Shown: positions 51,501 to 63,500 of the stretch, piece by piece
Numbering within the stretch: the first letter of the stretch is position 1
Layout: every line of letters starts with the position of its first letter
NCBI GenBank assembly: GCA_964276515.1
Contig: OZ193909.1
Coordinates: 11,470,001-11,534,000, forward strand
DNA length: 64,000 nucleotides
Direction: 5' to 3'
DNA from: Gordius albopunctatus
Lineage: Eukaryota
Notes under the pieces: generated by a model
The model's database searches: none
Seen by the model: only the letters and a program-made list of their open reading frames with translations
Told to the model about the DNA's origin: nothing
Position numbers and translations under genes: made by a program

Positions 51501-54500
51501 TAACAGCATCAGCACAGCAAAGTGCAACCCTTACTTTAGGCGATTGGCAACTTACAAGTGTGGATTCCTTCAAATATTTAGGATCAACACTTCAATCGGA
51601 TGGTGGAATGGATAAAGAAATCCAAGCAAGGATAAATTCCGGATGGCTCAAGTGGAGGGACTTGACAGGTGTTCTGTGCGACAAAAACATCCCGAGAAGA
51701 CTGAAAGGCGCACTGTATAAATCCATCATACAGCCAACAGTCCTGTATAGCTCGGAATCATGGGCTATACGTAAAAGAGACGAGCAACGTCTTGCGACCA
51801 TGGAGATGAGAATGCTAAGATGGGTGCTAGGAGTAAGCAAAAAGGACCATAGGCGAAATGAAGAAATAAGAAGAATTTTGGGTACTACATCAATTGCGAC
51901 AAAGCTCTTAACAAATAGACTAAGATGGTATGGCCATGTCGAAAGAAGGGACGATAGCTACGTAAGAAAGAAAATCGAGATGATAAATTTCGCAGGAAAA
52001 CGAAAAAGAGGAAGACCCAAGCTTACCTGGATTCATAAAATACGGCATGATATGAAAGTCCACAGGATAAAGAAAGAGCTATGTAAACATAGAAACAAAT
52101 GGAAACGAATGCTGAAAGGACTGACCACCAGCCTAGGTGACAAGCAGTCATAGAAAGAAGAAGAAGAAGATCAGCACTAACAACAGTGTCAACCGACTTG
52201 TAGGTGACAGGACTGCTGTGAATGGTAGACAGAATGAGATTGTTAAGTTCGTGGACGTTTTTATTCTTTGGGGCGAGAATTGCCCGTTGACGGAGCCAAA
52301 TTGGATCTAGATAATGGGTGTTAATATTTGGAAAAACTTTTTCCACCAAAGCTGTTTTGGAAGGCACAAAATGTCATAAGTTGTTAGGAAATGAAATCCG
52401 TCCTGAGTTTATATCAACTGGCATGGTTCCGTTTCCAATTTCTAGCAATTGATGGGAGAATAACTCACATGCATATTCATTTTGTAACACTACACGCATA
52501 TTAGTAGTTAAATGTAAGGTTTTGACGTAAGGCCATAAAATAGAATATTTAAGGCAAGCATTGATCTCGTAAGCAGGGGTTAATCGAGGAAGCACTGGTA
52601 AAGTTTGCCTAAAATCTCATGCAAGCAATAAAAATGCGCCACCAAAAGATCTGGAATCGCGCCGCAAATCTTGCAAAGAACGATCTAGAGCTTCGAAAGA
52701 TTTTTTATGGGCCATTGTGCATTCATCCTACACGATAAGTTTGCACCTTTCTAATACTTTACCCATTCCAGATGCTCGTGAAACGTTGCACATGGGAGTT
52801 TCACTATAATGAATGTTTAAAGGCAATTTTAAAGGAGAATGTGCAGTTTTACCACCAGGCAACAATGTCGCAGCTATTCCGGAAGATGCAAGAGCCACGG
52901 ATATTTCATTTTGGGATATTAAAAAGATATAAATATGAAATTAGCATTTAAGATGGCATTGCATTACCATGAAAATTTAATTATAATAAATATATGGATT
53001 TTCAATATGATGAACTTACCTTATCCTGTCACAGATCACAAACGTGTGAATGTGCAAATTTTACTTTAATTGTATTAAATATATGGATTCCTGACACAGA
53101 TCACAAACGTGGAAATGTGCAAATATTACTTCGAACTTCGTAAAAATGGAAAAAAATCACGAAACGTGGGAATGTTTCTAAAAGCGCGCGTTATATTTAT
53201 TTAAGTATATGGTGATGTATTACGGTATCTAGAATATTTATTGGTTACAGATTTATATATTGTAAAGAAAACGGGCGTAGTTGAGTAAATAATTGAGACA
53301 CAAATGACAAAGCAATCGTGGAAAAAAGTTTAAGGCAAAAAGTAGAACCATAACGATAAATAAGTACAAACAACGCAGTATAAATTATCCGCTAGATGGC
53401 GCCAACTAAATTAAAAAACATGGTTTCCGCTGTCGCAGCTTGATAAAAAGTATCTATAAACCATCTACAATGATAAGGCAATAATCTGGCCAAATTTGGT
53501 GGCAATCGGTTGAGAACTCTAAAAGTTATTAGCGTACAAAAAAACGGGACTTAGATTTATATATATATAGATTTGCCTTATGTTGTATATAAACTGGCTC
53601 AGCATTTTTGTTTTTCTTGACAACATTATTGTCTGCGGTTTTTAAAATTTGTTCCGCTATGAGTATGTAATTGCAAAAACAGTTATATCAATTATGAAAC
53701 AATTCTTCAAATGAAAGCAATATTTGAAGTTTCAATTTTTGTTCAAGAATTTATTATTTATTAGCATTGTTATCTTTATGAAGGCTTACTTCCGGTTCCA
53801 ACTATGCGTTCTGGTATTTTTAACCTTCCCGCATGAATTTCGTAGCATATATGGGCCGAAGGAGGACCCTTAATTTAAAAAAGCATTTTTATCTCAAAAA
53901 TTAGCCAACTCATAATAGTGACCAATATAATGAAACCAGAGCCGTGGGAAGGGGGAGGGGAAGGGAAAGGGAAAGAAACTCATCTAAACTCCGTATAAAC
54001 GTCGCATATTTGCTATGCAATTTATGGTCGAGAAAGATGGGAAGGGGCAGAAATGCCTATAGAGGGGTATTAAATGCAAAATGATTAGTTAATTATTTAT
54101 GCAAATATTTAAAAAGTTAAATTTTTGTAAACCCTGCTATAGAACATTTATTAATACTTTATTTATTGAAAAATAGGTTTTCTTTCATTCATTCTTATTT
54201 ATCAACTTCTAAATTAATCAAAATGACGAAAGGAACGCAAATAGAGGGTATGACCTTGGAAAAGCATCCTTCCAAAACAAACAACTTCCAATTTAGAGTT
54301 TTTTTGATACTGTATAAATTTAAACAATTTGGTGTAGGAAACCCATATCTTGAATTATGACTATAGACTCTATTAAAATCATGCGCATATGTATAGTATA
54401 AACAAGATATTAAAAAAACAAAAAAAATTTCCAATCAGACCTTGGCCATTGGTCATTTTTTTTATTGGTCAGTAGCCAGCAAACGGCCAAATGGCCTATA

Positions 54501-57500
54501 TTTAAAATATTGAAAAAAAATTTGATACACTTTCGCCAATGGTCATTTTTTTATTGGTCAGTAGCTAGGACACCGTCAAAAAAAATATAAATACATAAAA
54601 GACGAGAGAAAAATCGATTCACAATTTGGCCAATGGCCATTTTTTATTTGGTCAGTAGCCAGGACACGGTCAAAAAGAATATAATTACATAAGAAACGAA
54701 AAAAACGAAAAAAATTTCGATTCGCAATTTAGCTACTGGTCATTTTATTCATTGGTCAGCAGCCAGTGGAAGGCCAAAAAGTCATATTATCAAAGAACAA
54801 TCTATTAATTAAAAAAATTGCCCTCTCCGGGATTCGAACCCACATCAGTGGAGGCATAATCCTTTGTTTGGGGGGCACATGGACCATATCAGTAGAAGCA
54901 TACGCCCTTGTAAGGGGGGGGCATAGATAATTATCAATGTTAACCTAATATAGCGATTCAAAAAACAAAAAAAAATCGAATTATACTTTGGCCAATGGTC
55001 ATTTTTTTATTGGTCAGTAGCCAGGACACGGTTAAAAAGGATATAAATTCATAAGAGACTAAAAAAACGAAAAAAATCTCGATTCACAATTTGCCCAATG
55101 GTCATTTTTTCATTGGTCAGTAGCCAAGACACGCTCAAAAATTCATATTATCAATAGTATTAACAAGAACAATATATTAATTTAATTTAATTTAAAAAAT
55201 TTTGCCCTCTCCGGGTATCGAACCAGTAATTAAGAATTCGCCCTCGCCGGGATTCGAACCCACAACAGTGGAGACATAGGCTTTTGTAGCTGGGTGGGCA
55301 CAGGGACCCATATCAGTAGAGGCATAGGCCCTTCTAGGGGAGGGCATAGGGTAATTGTCAATGGTAACCTAATATACCAATTCAAAAACGAAAAAAAAAT
55401 TCGATTAATGCTTTGGCCAATGGTCATTTTTTCCAATGGTCAGTAGCCAGAACACGATCAAAAAGTCATATTATCAATGGTATTAACAAGAACAAAATAT
55501 TAATTTAATATAAAAAAAAATAAAAATTTTGCCCTCTCCGGGTATCGAACCAGCAATTCAGAACGTTCGCCGGGATTCGAACCCACATTAATAGAGGCAT
55601 AAGCCTTTGTAGGGGCACAGGGACCCATATCAGTAGAGGTATAGGCTCTTCTAGGGGAGGGCACAGGGTAATTATCAATGTTAACCTAATATACCAATTC
55701 AAAAACGAAAAAAAATTTCTAATCACAATTTGGCCAATGGTCATTTTTTCCATTGGTCAGTAGCCAGGACACGGCAAAAAAGCCATATTATCAATGGTAT
55801 TAACAAGAACAATATATGAATTTAATTTTAAAAAAAATTTGCACTCTCCGGGTATCGAACCAGCAATTAAGATACATGTTGGACGGACAATGGACGGACG
55901 GACAACAAAAAGCGAGCCCATAAATTGCATAGCAATTAATACAATAAGAGCTAATATAAGTTTTGACGGTGATTTAATAAAGGATTAAAATAAAATTAGT
56001 GTAAAGACACGTCATCACAACTATGTTAGATCAAATTGTAATTAGTTGGAGAAAAATTTTATCTCTGTAGAATATTACCAAATTGGAAGTAATATGATTT
56101 AAATCAAGCAAAAAGTTAGAAACATGAGAAAGCCACTATTTCTACCACTTTTAAAGGGTCTCAAATAATAGATATAAGCTATAATAAATTTATAAAATTT
56201 ATTTCTAGCGGCATTAGGTGTTATGAATTTTACTCAGTCTTCATGTCTATCAGTAAAACTTTATTCGGAAAAGATGTGATTGATGTAAACTCTACAATTG
56301 TCAGCATTAACGTCCCAGTTCCTGCCTTTCCGTTGATAAGCTTATATAATTCCATACAGCGTCACAAATACAACAAATGAATGAAATTAATATATTTTAG
56401 TATCAATACTTTCCAAAAAACGAATTACAAGTATTTAAAATTTTATTAGATTCAAAATTTTATTAGAGTTGAGTCAAAAAACCAAAAATTATTACCGTGT
56501 GCTAAACATTTATATTACAGGCCTTGTTTTATTACTAGAAGATTTTAATTAAACTTGGATAATGAACTTTTATAACATGCCTCTTGCTAATTTATGCAAG
56601 AAATAATTAATTTCTTTTTTAAGCCTACTATTTGAATCTGAATAATTCGCGTTATATTAAAAAATAGGAAAAATGAACATAATTAAATCAATTTTTTCCA
56701 ACAAATTCTGTTCTATGGGTATTTCTTGATTGGGAAGAGGGATAAATATTTTTTATAAAATTTAAATTAAATACATCATCTAAATTTTTTGATAAAATTC
56801 GGGAATCTTAATTTTTCCCTACCCCCATTAATGAAATTCCTGATTAAACTTTATACAATATTTTAGAAAATCCAATCAAATGTATAATAATTTAGATATA
56901 GAGCTGACAGAAATATTTTGTTATCCGTCAGTCCAATTAATAAAAATAGCTTAACATTGGAAAAAATAACAGGCATTATTAGAATATGAATGTCCGCATT
57001 ACAAAGTAGTAAATAATATTGTCATCAAAATCAAAGGCAATCGATTGTGAAAGACTGTCGTCAAATTTCTGCACATTGATCGAGATTAAAACGCAGAATT
57101 AATTTCATAGGATTGCATAAGGCTGAGGATAATAGATACTTGAGCACAAATCTGGTTTTGCCCAAATCTTCAAAAGATCTATTTAAATGGGCAATCAATA
57201 ATTTTTTTTGTTTGATTACAAAATAAAATATTTTTTTATAAAATTTGCTTTTAATATTTCATTTGAATGTTTTGGGGGTAATATTATTAATTTTGAGCAT
57301 TAAGTCATTTAGAAGCGATATCCAGAACTCTATTGCATACGGATTGTGGTGGCTACTGGGCTTGGACCAAACTGTCAATCAAGAACATTTAAACTAAATT
57401 AGAAGTTATTTTTATGAAAAAACTATAACAAGATTTTGTTGTAAAATAGGCTTAAAACCAGAAGTTAAAGTTATGAAAAACTATTCAAATGTAGAAACTA

Positions 57501-60500
57501 TTTTTAAAAACAAAGCATTTTAATTTAAAGAGGTATATCTATTTATTTAACATCAATAACTACTCAATTTAATTTATGTTATAAGCAAGTAATTAGGATT
57601 TTGTGCGAGGTGGAAATTTTTTCTATAATCCCAATATGTGATATGATATCCACTTTTTCTCCTAAAGATCAATTTTAATCAAACGTTACCTCATAAACAA
57701 GGAATATTAATTATTACATAGGATTGACAAAAAGTTATCTTATTTATGCATCCATTGTTAGATGGTTAAATGTCAAGCATTGGTTAACGAACAAAAAAAA
57801 CAAACTTGATCTTGCGAGCAAAAGATCGTGGAAAAAATATTGGATTTGTTTGAAAGGTCCGACCCTCTTGTTTTATGCCACATCCGATTCTGATAATCCT
57901 CAAGCCAAGCGTGTCCTCCACCACATGGTTATAATCGAGGGTGCCATAGTACAGGCGGTACCGGAACATCCCAAAAAAGATAACTTATTTTGTATAAGCA
58001 TCAACTCCGGTGACGTTTTTCTTATCCAAGTAATATTTTTTTTCTATTGATTTAGATTAATTTTGGGTCATTTTATTTAATTGAAGGCAAAACTTATTTT
58101 TTTGTTAATCTAAGGTGGAAGAACAAAGAAAAATGAAAGAAAATTCGCGAGGATACGAGAATGGGCATTGTACCTTATGTCTTTAACTTTTTATTGTTTT
58201 TGAGAAATCAATTACTATTAAAAACTATAAAAAAAATTAAGTTTGAAATTAGAAATATAATATAGAATTTAATTGAAGATTAGGCGAGAAACTATAGCGA
58301 TTGTGGTTAATTTATATAATAAAAATATTCTGGCTTTATTAGTAAAGTAAAATCCAAACCCATATTTACTATTTGCCTAATAAAGCTCTTTCAGACTCAC
58401 TTTTGTTTTTAACTTTAACCATTTCATTAGGCCGCATCGTATCCTGAACTTGAAAATTGGATATCGGCGATTCATATTTCATGTGCGGCTTCCCTCGCAC
58501 GACATCATGGAAAAGATAATATTATCAAGATATTAACTCATGAGATTTTGAAATTAAATTACAACATCGAAATGGTAAAGACGTGATTCTATCGTTTAAC
58601 ATAATTACATTAATTTAACATATTATATACAGGATAGCAGAATGAAGCATATGGGTGAAGCACAGTTAACCGTTGTGTCAGATGTCAATAATAGGCAAGC
58701 GATATTAAAACAAATAACGAAATGGGAGGAAAGAATAGAACAACTGGCCCTTGAACAATTTCGATACAAATGTTATATCGCGTCTTTGCAAAATTCTGAA
58801 TTACCCAATCCTAAAGTAAATATTAGTTCCCCTCATATAGACAATATACTCAATATAGCTTTACTATTTTATTGTAAGTCATAGTTTTGCATGGGTTATA
58901 CAAAACCTTATCCAACTTGATACAAATTTTAAGGCAAACTTAGATTAGCCTAGATATTAAATTTAAACTTTATTTGAGTTGGATTCTAAAGATTGTAATT
59001 TATGTAAAGAGTTAATACGCCTTAACATGAGAGTAGCCAAGGGGTGGCAGGGAGGGGTGGCTGCCCCCCTATAATTCCAAAAATTTGTTGAAATTTATTA
59101 AAGCTAAATTTTTTAAAAAAGGATCATTTTGCCCCTCTCTAAATGATTATTTCCCCATGTCGGCTAAGCCCAGCCTTAAGGAGATTTCAAAATTAAATTT
59201 GCCTTTGATGTAGATAATATCATATAAAATGAGAAAAATATTCGTTATTTTAGGGTTTAAAGATTTTGAATTTTATAATTAAAATTTCTTGCCACTTCAG
59301 CGTTTGGATCAATATTGATATTAATATAAGTTAAATTTACTAAGCGGATTAACAGGATATGGCGATTAGAGCACTTTTTATTCAATTTCACATGATCAAT
59401 AAGTCCTTTAATTATTTTCTCCATATGGACTAGATCTCTATGTCAACTGGATATTTAAAAGCTATAGAATCTAGCATTGGATTTCGATGCATTTTTTAGA
59501 AATAGATTTTAAATTGCCCCTCGCCCTTCAATCCCCCCCCCTCCCCCAAAAAAAATAATTATCGCATTATCTAAATAAAAAAATAGGCTTGATGCAAAAT
59601 TGTATAAAGATATGATTATTTTATTCCCTAGTGCATGCTTGTACACAGCTCGAAACCGATGAAAGCTTGCTTATCCAAACTCGGGGTAGCGAGTACCGTT
59701 TCATCTTTTCATGCTTACGTGTCTTGTAGGACGCATTGTATCAACGCCAAAACCAACCCAAAAACCTCCGGAATTAACACTCTGGGAACATCAGCCATAT
59801 ATCCATTATCCAAAACTTACACATCCGCAGGTTCAATTGATCCGACAGGAAATATTAATGACAATGCATCTAAATCCACGCACACGAAAAAAACGAGTCA
59901 CAGCACCGAATCACCTCCCACAGCCGGGTTGCATAAAAGGAGGTCTTCTACCAGCTTAAACCATTCCAAATCCAACGTAACCGGACATTTCTCACAGCCA
60001 AATACACCTACCAAGTACGACATACCTCCCGAGACTATATAAATGCTTTAAATTGAGTTAAAACTTTATTTAGCGCTCTGGGTTTTGGGAAGTTTGTGAT
60101 AGGCGAAAATGTATAGTAAACTTTATACCCTCCAGTATTGCTTTTTCATATGATAAATTAACTAGCAATTATAAGTTATACAGAAGTTAACTTTTTGTGC
60201 TGCAAACAAAATCTAAATACCCTTGGGTTGTGCATATCGACACGATATTTAACCTATAGTAAATGCGGTTAATAATATTACTATTTAATTATTAAATTCT
60301 ACAGTCATGCATTTAAAATTTACGTAATTTCTTATTGCCTTTTATTTTATTAAATTTTGTATATTGAGACGTGGAGAAATGAAATATAATATATTGTAAT
60401 TTTTATTATATACCTCATGGTGGTTGTCATATTTAATTTGTATAGTGGTTTCGTTAATTGCATAATTATGGGCATAGTAAGGGAAGAGAGCTGTCTATTC

Positions 60501-63500
60501 AAATATAATTATATATTTCTTTTCATAATAAATTGTAATTATCTTAATTCTGGTCCTCCTTAAAATGCTCATTTATCCAATAATAATCTGAATTCTACTT
60601 GACCTCATCTAAAAAAATTTAATTTATAATCCGACATAACCTTAAATTTAAAAAACAATTACGTCTTGAACCAAAAATTAACTATTTAAATCATTGACAT
60701 TCCTTAATAAAGCAAAACAACTACAATATATGTATTTTTTGCCCATTTAAACGTTGAAAGTTTCAATACAATATCATTTTATTTTTTAACAAGAAACAAT
60801 TGATGACCAAATCATTGTGACCTTTTTTCCACAAATTCAATCTTGTCTCAAATGTAAAATTCATTTTGTAAAATATAGTGGGCCATTGCGCAGTCGTCGT
60901 TTGGGGGACAAACATTCGATTAGCACTTGCGTCAATTCTTTAACGGATAGCAACATCGATGACAAATTTGTCCTTACACCGAATGGATCATTAAAATTTG
61001 GAGACAAAATTATCAAAATAAACTTACCCAAAAATGAAGTAACCATTAAGCTTTTGACAATAATTATTGATTCAGCAACTTGTCGTACCATTGTCCGAAA
61101 CTATGAAAGTGGAAGATCTGTTATTGATGGTGTGCAAAAAGAAACATTACAATCCCAGTGAATATTTTCTCAAATTTAGAAGGCCAAATCCTAATAATGG
61201 AGTGTATTTTGTACCCGAATTACTGACATTAATAGAAACATTGGTATATCTTTTTAAGTCTAAAAACTATTTTTAATTATCAATTTTTATTCCCTGCTTG
61301 TCTTAATGAAATTTTTGAAACTATCATTTTTTATTGATATACCCTGCATGTTAATCTAAAGCTATTGTCATTAATTTATATAAAGGCTTGGTAAAATATT
61401 ATTAATATAATTTGAAAATTGCAGACTTATTCAACTATTGAGTTATATTCAAAGAGTGTATTTCAAGTGGAGTTAATTAGATCTAGTCCTTCTCAAAAAT
61501 TTGGATTTAGCATACAAGCTGAGATTTGTTCCAAAATACACAAACCTGACGAATTAGTAGTATATGTAGCCGAAGTTAATAAGGACAGCATTGGATATCA
61601 TAAAGGTTACAAATAAACCATATTGAAAAAACATAGATGATTTCGGTGAAATTAATTTTAATGATGTTTATTATTATTCGCAACAGATTATGCTTTAATT
61701 AATATTTTTCTATAAAAGGTTTATCAAACGGAGATGAAATTTTATCAATTAACAAGAAAAGCGTATCGGATTTGGATATGATGTTCGTAGAGGGACTTTT
61801 GCAACAGAGCCTAAAGGTAGTTTTGATCATACGCTCTTGCCAAATAGAGCCCCCAAAGCGCGGGGAGAAATTTAGCAAAAATATTAGTGTTGACGATCTT
61901 AATAACAGCCTCAAGCATAATTCTTATGATCATGAAGGCAAAGCTAAATCATTGAAAATGCCTTCTCAATCATCGCAAGACAGATATCAACGTGGCGACA
62001 ATATCCGGTGTCCCGTTCCCTTTAACAAGGATATATTGATAGAAAACTTACAGAGTCCACCTGTAGTCCTGCCACACCATAATGCAAACTCAAGCCTAAA
62101 TAGGGTGCACGAAGACAATTCAAAAAGTATAAAAAAAAAACATTTAAATAACATGAAATATAATTCAGAGAGATCAACGATTAATTTTAATTTATTCTTA
62201 ATGACAAAATAAATTAATATTTAGAAATTATAAGTATACTAATATTATAAATTTGTTAATTTTATCATTCTAAAATACAAATATCTATTTTGTAACTACA
62301 CCAAGGAGGAGATTTTAAAGATAAAAACGCGAATTTTGCTGGGGAAACACTACCGGGATTAAAAGAAATGCCTGATTTGAGTTGTGAACAATTGGACCAA
62401 ATGCTACAAAATGCCGACCAAATTACCGCTTTTTGCGAAATATTGCAAGGAAAGCAGCGTTCAAAAAAGCTATTTCAAACACCCATAGCACAAGCATCTT
62501 GTTCTTACTCCGCTCACCAAAACAAAGATGCCCTCCAAAATATTAGGAATCGATCGGGATCGTATAAAAATCTTGAATCGCATATTACCAACCCAACTCT
62601 AGCGAACGATACTAAATATTCCTCATCTCGTTTTATAGACACTAAAAAGATTGGGAGTTTGATAATGGATTTTATTCAAAGCGAGAAGCTTTATATTGAT
62701 GTGCTAGGAACTTTGCTTAAATGCTATAATGATAAAAGCTATGACATTCCTCAAATCAATTGTATGACGGAATTGTTGGGGAATATTGAGGAAATTTACC
62801 TCTTTCAACGCTATTTTTTGAACAGCATCATTGAGCTTATGCGAAAGTCGGCATCAACCAAATGTGAACCCGACGAGCTATTCCTGGTAATTATAATTGC
62901 AATTTCACCATATATCTTTTAATATTATAGAGTTTGACCGTTATGATTGCAGATAGTTTTATCAAGTTTTCCCCTTACTTCAAATTATACAGTACCTATT
63001 GCGCACTATTTTACAAGGCCCGGAAACATTTAATCGCCACAGAGTCTAAAGATGAAAGGGGTTCAAAATCAAAAAGTTACGGTGACTTAATAATCACATT
63101 GACTTTACCAAATCAACGTATACTCCATTATCCGGTGTTGTTACATAAGCTGATAAGCTACCTAGGTTTAAAGGAGATCAAAGAAAGCAAAAAATTGAGC
63201 TGTGCATTGAAAACTATGGAATTAATTGCGGAACACATAAATGGAATGCAAAGGATTCAGGAAGAATTTGGCAGCATATTCGATACTTTAGGTCTAGAAT
63301 ATGCTGCTCACGTTAACTCTAAACGAAAAATGAGCGCCGCTAGCAAACATACCGGTGGACAAATGTTTAGGAAAGATAGTGGTACCTTATCTGATGATTA
63401 TTACCAAGCAAATTGCGATGGCGTTAACAACGCTGAAAAGCCTATAGACCTCACAATTGGTGATTTATTATTATGTGACCACGTCGATTGGTTTAATATA

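Larger units (their letters stand above)
50399..53571 (-). mobile_element. Internally deleted Helitron in a SIF intron
   Basis: The minus strand begins TCTATATATAT (53571) and ends with the hairpin ccaa(a)gc-aac-gcttgg followed by ...CTAG (50399). It sits between host A and T with no TSD and carries a PIF1 helicase remnant. Confidence 0.92.

Noticed and set aside
28067..51562. Idea that the whole 23 kb, including the SIF 5' half, is one giant insertion splitting a single RTE with a 48-bp TSD
   Set aside because: The downstream RTE piece has its own 8-bp TSD inside a Helitron helicase that is contiguous on both sides, so it inserted independently.
51514..51573. N-terminus MKESTLVSCQSPKVRVALC of the 180-aa helicase ORF
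   Set aside because: It is antisense RTE sequence read across the insertion junction, not a real fusion.
54811..54925. Possible tRNA gene
   Set aside because: Only a T-arm/acceptor-like 3' end is present; I could not build D- and anticodon arms or find an A-box.
55230..55753. Two similar ORFs starting MEKMTIGQ
   Set aside because: They are by-products of the tandem repeat unit, differ by indels and show no recognisable domain.
54430..55790. Regularly recurring repeats resembling a CRISPR array
   Set aside because: The intervening sequences are themselves repeated, the context is a eukaryotic intron, and there are no cas genes.
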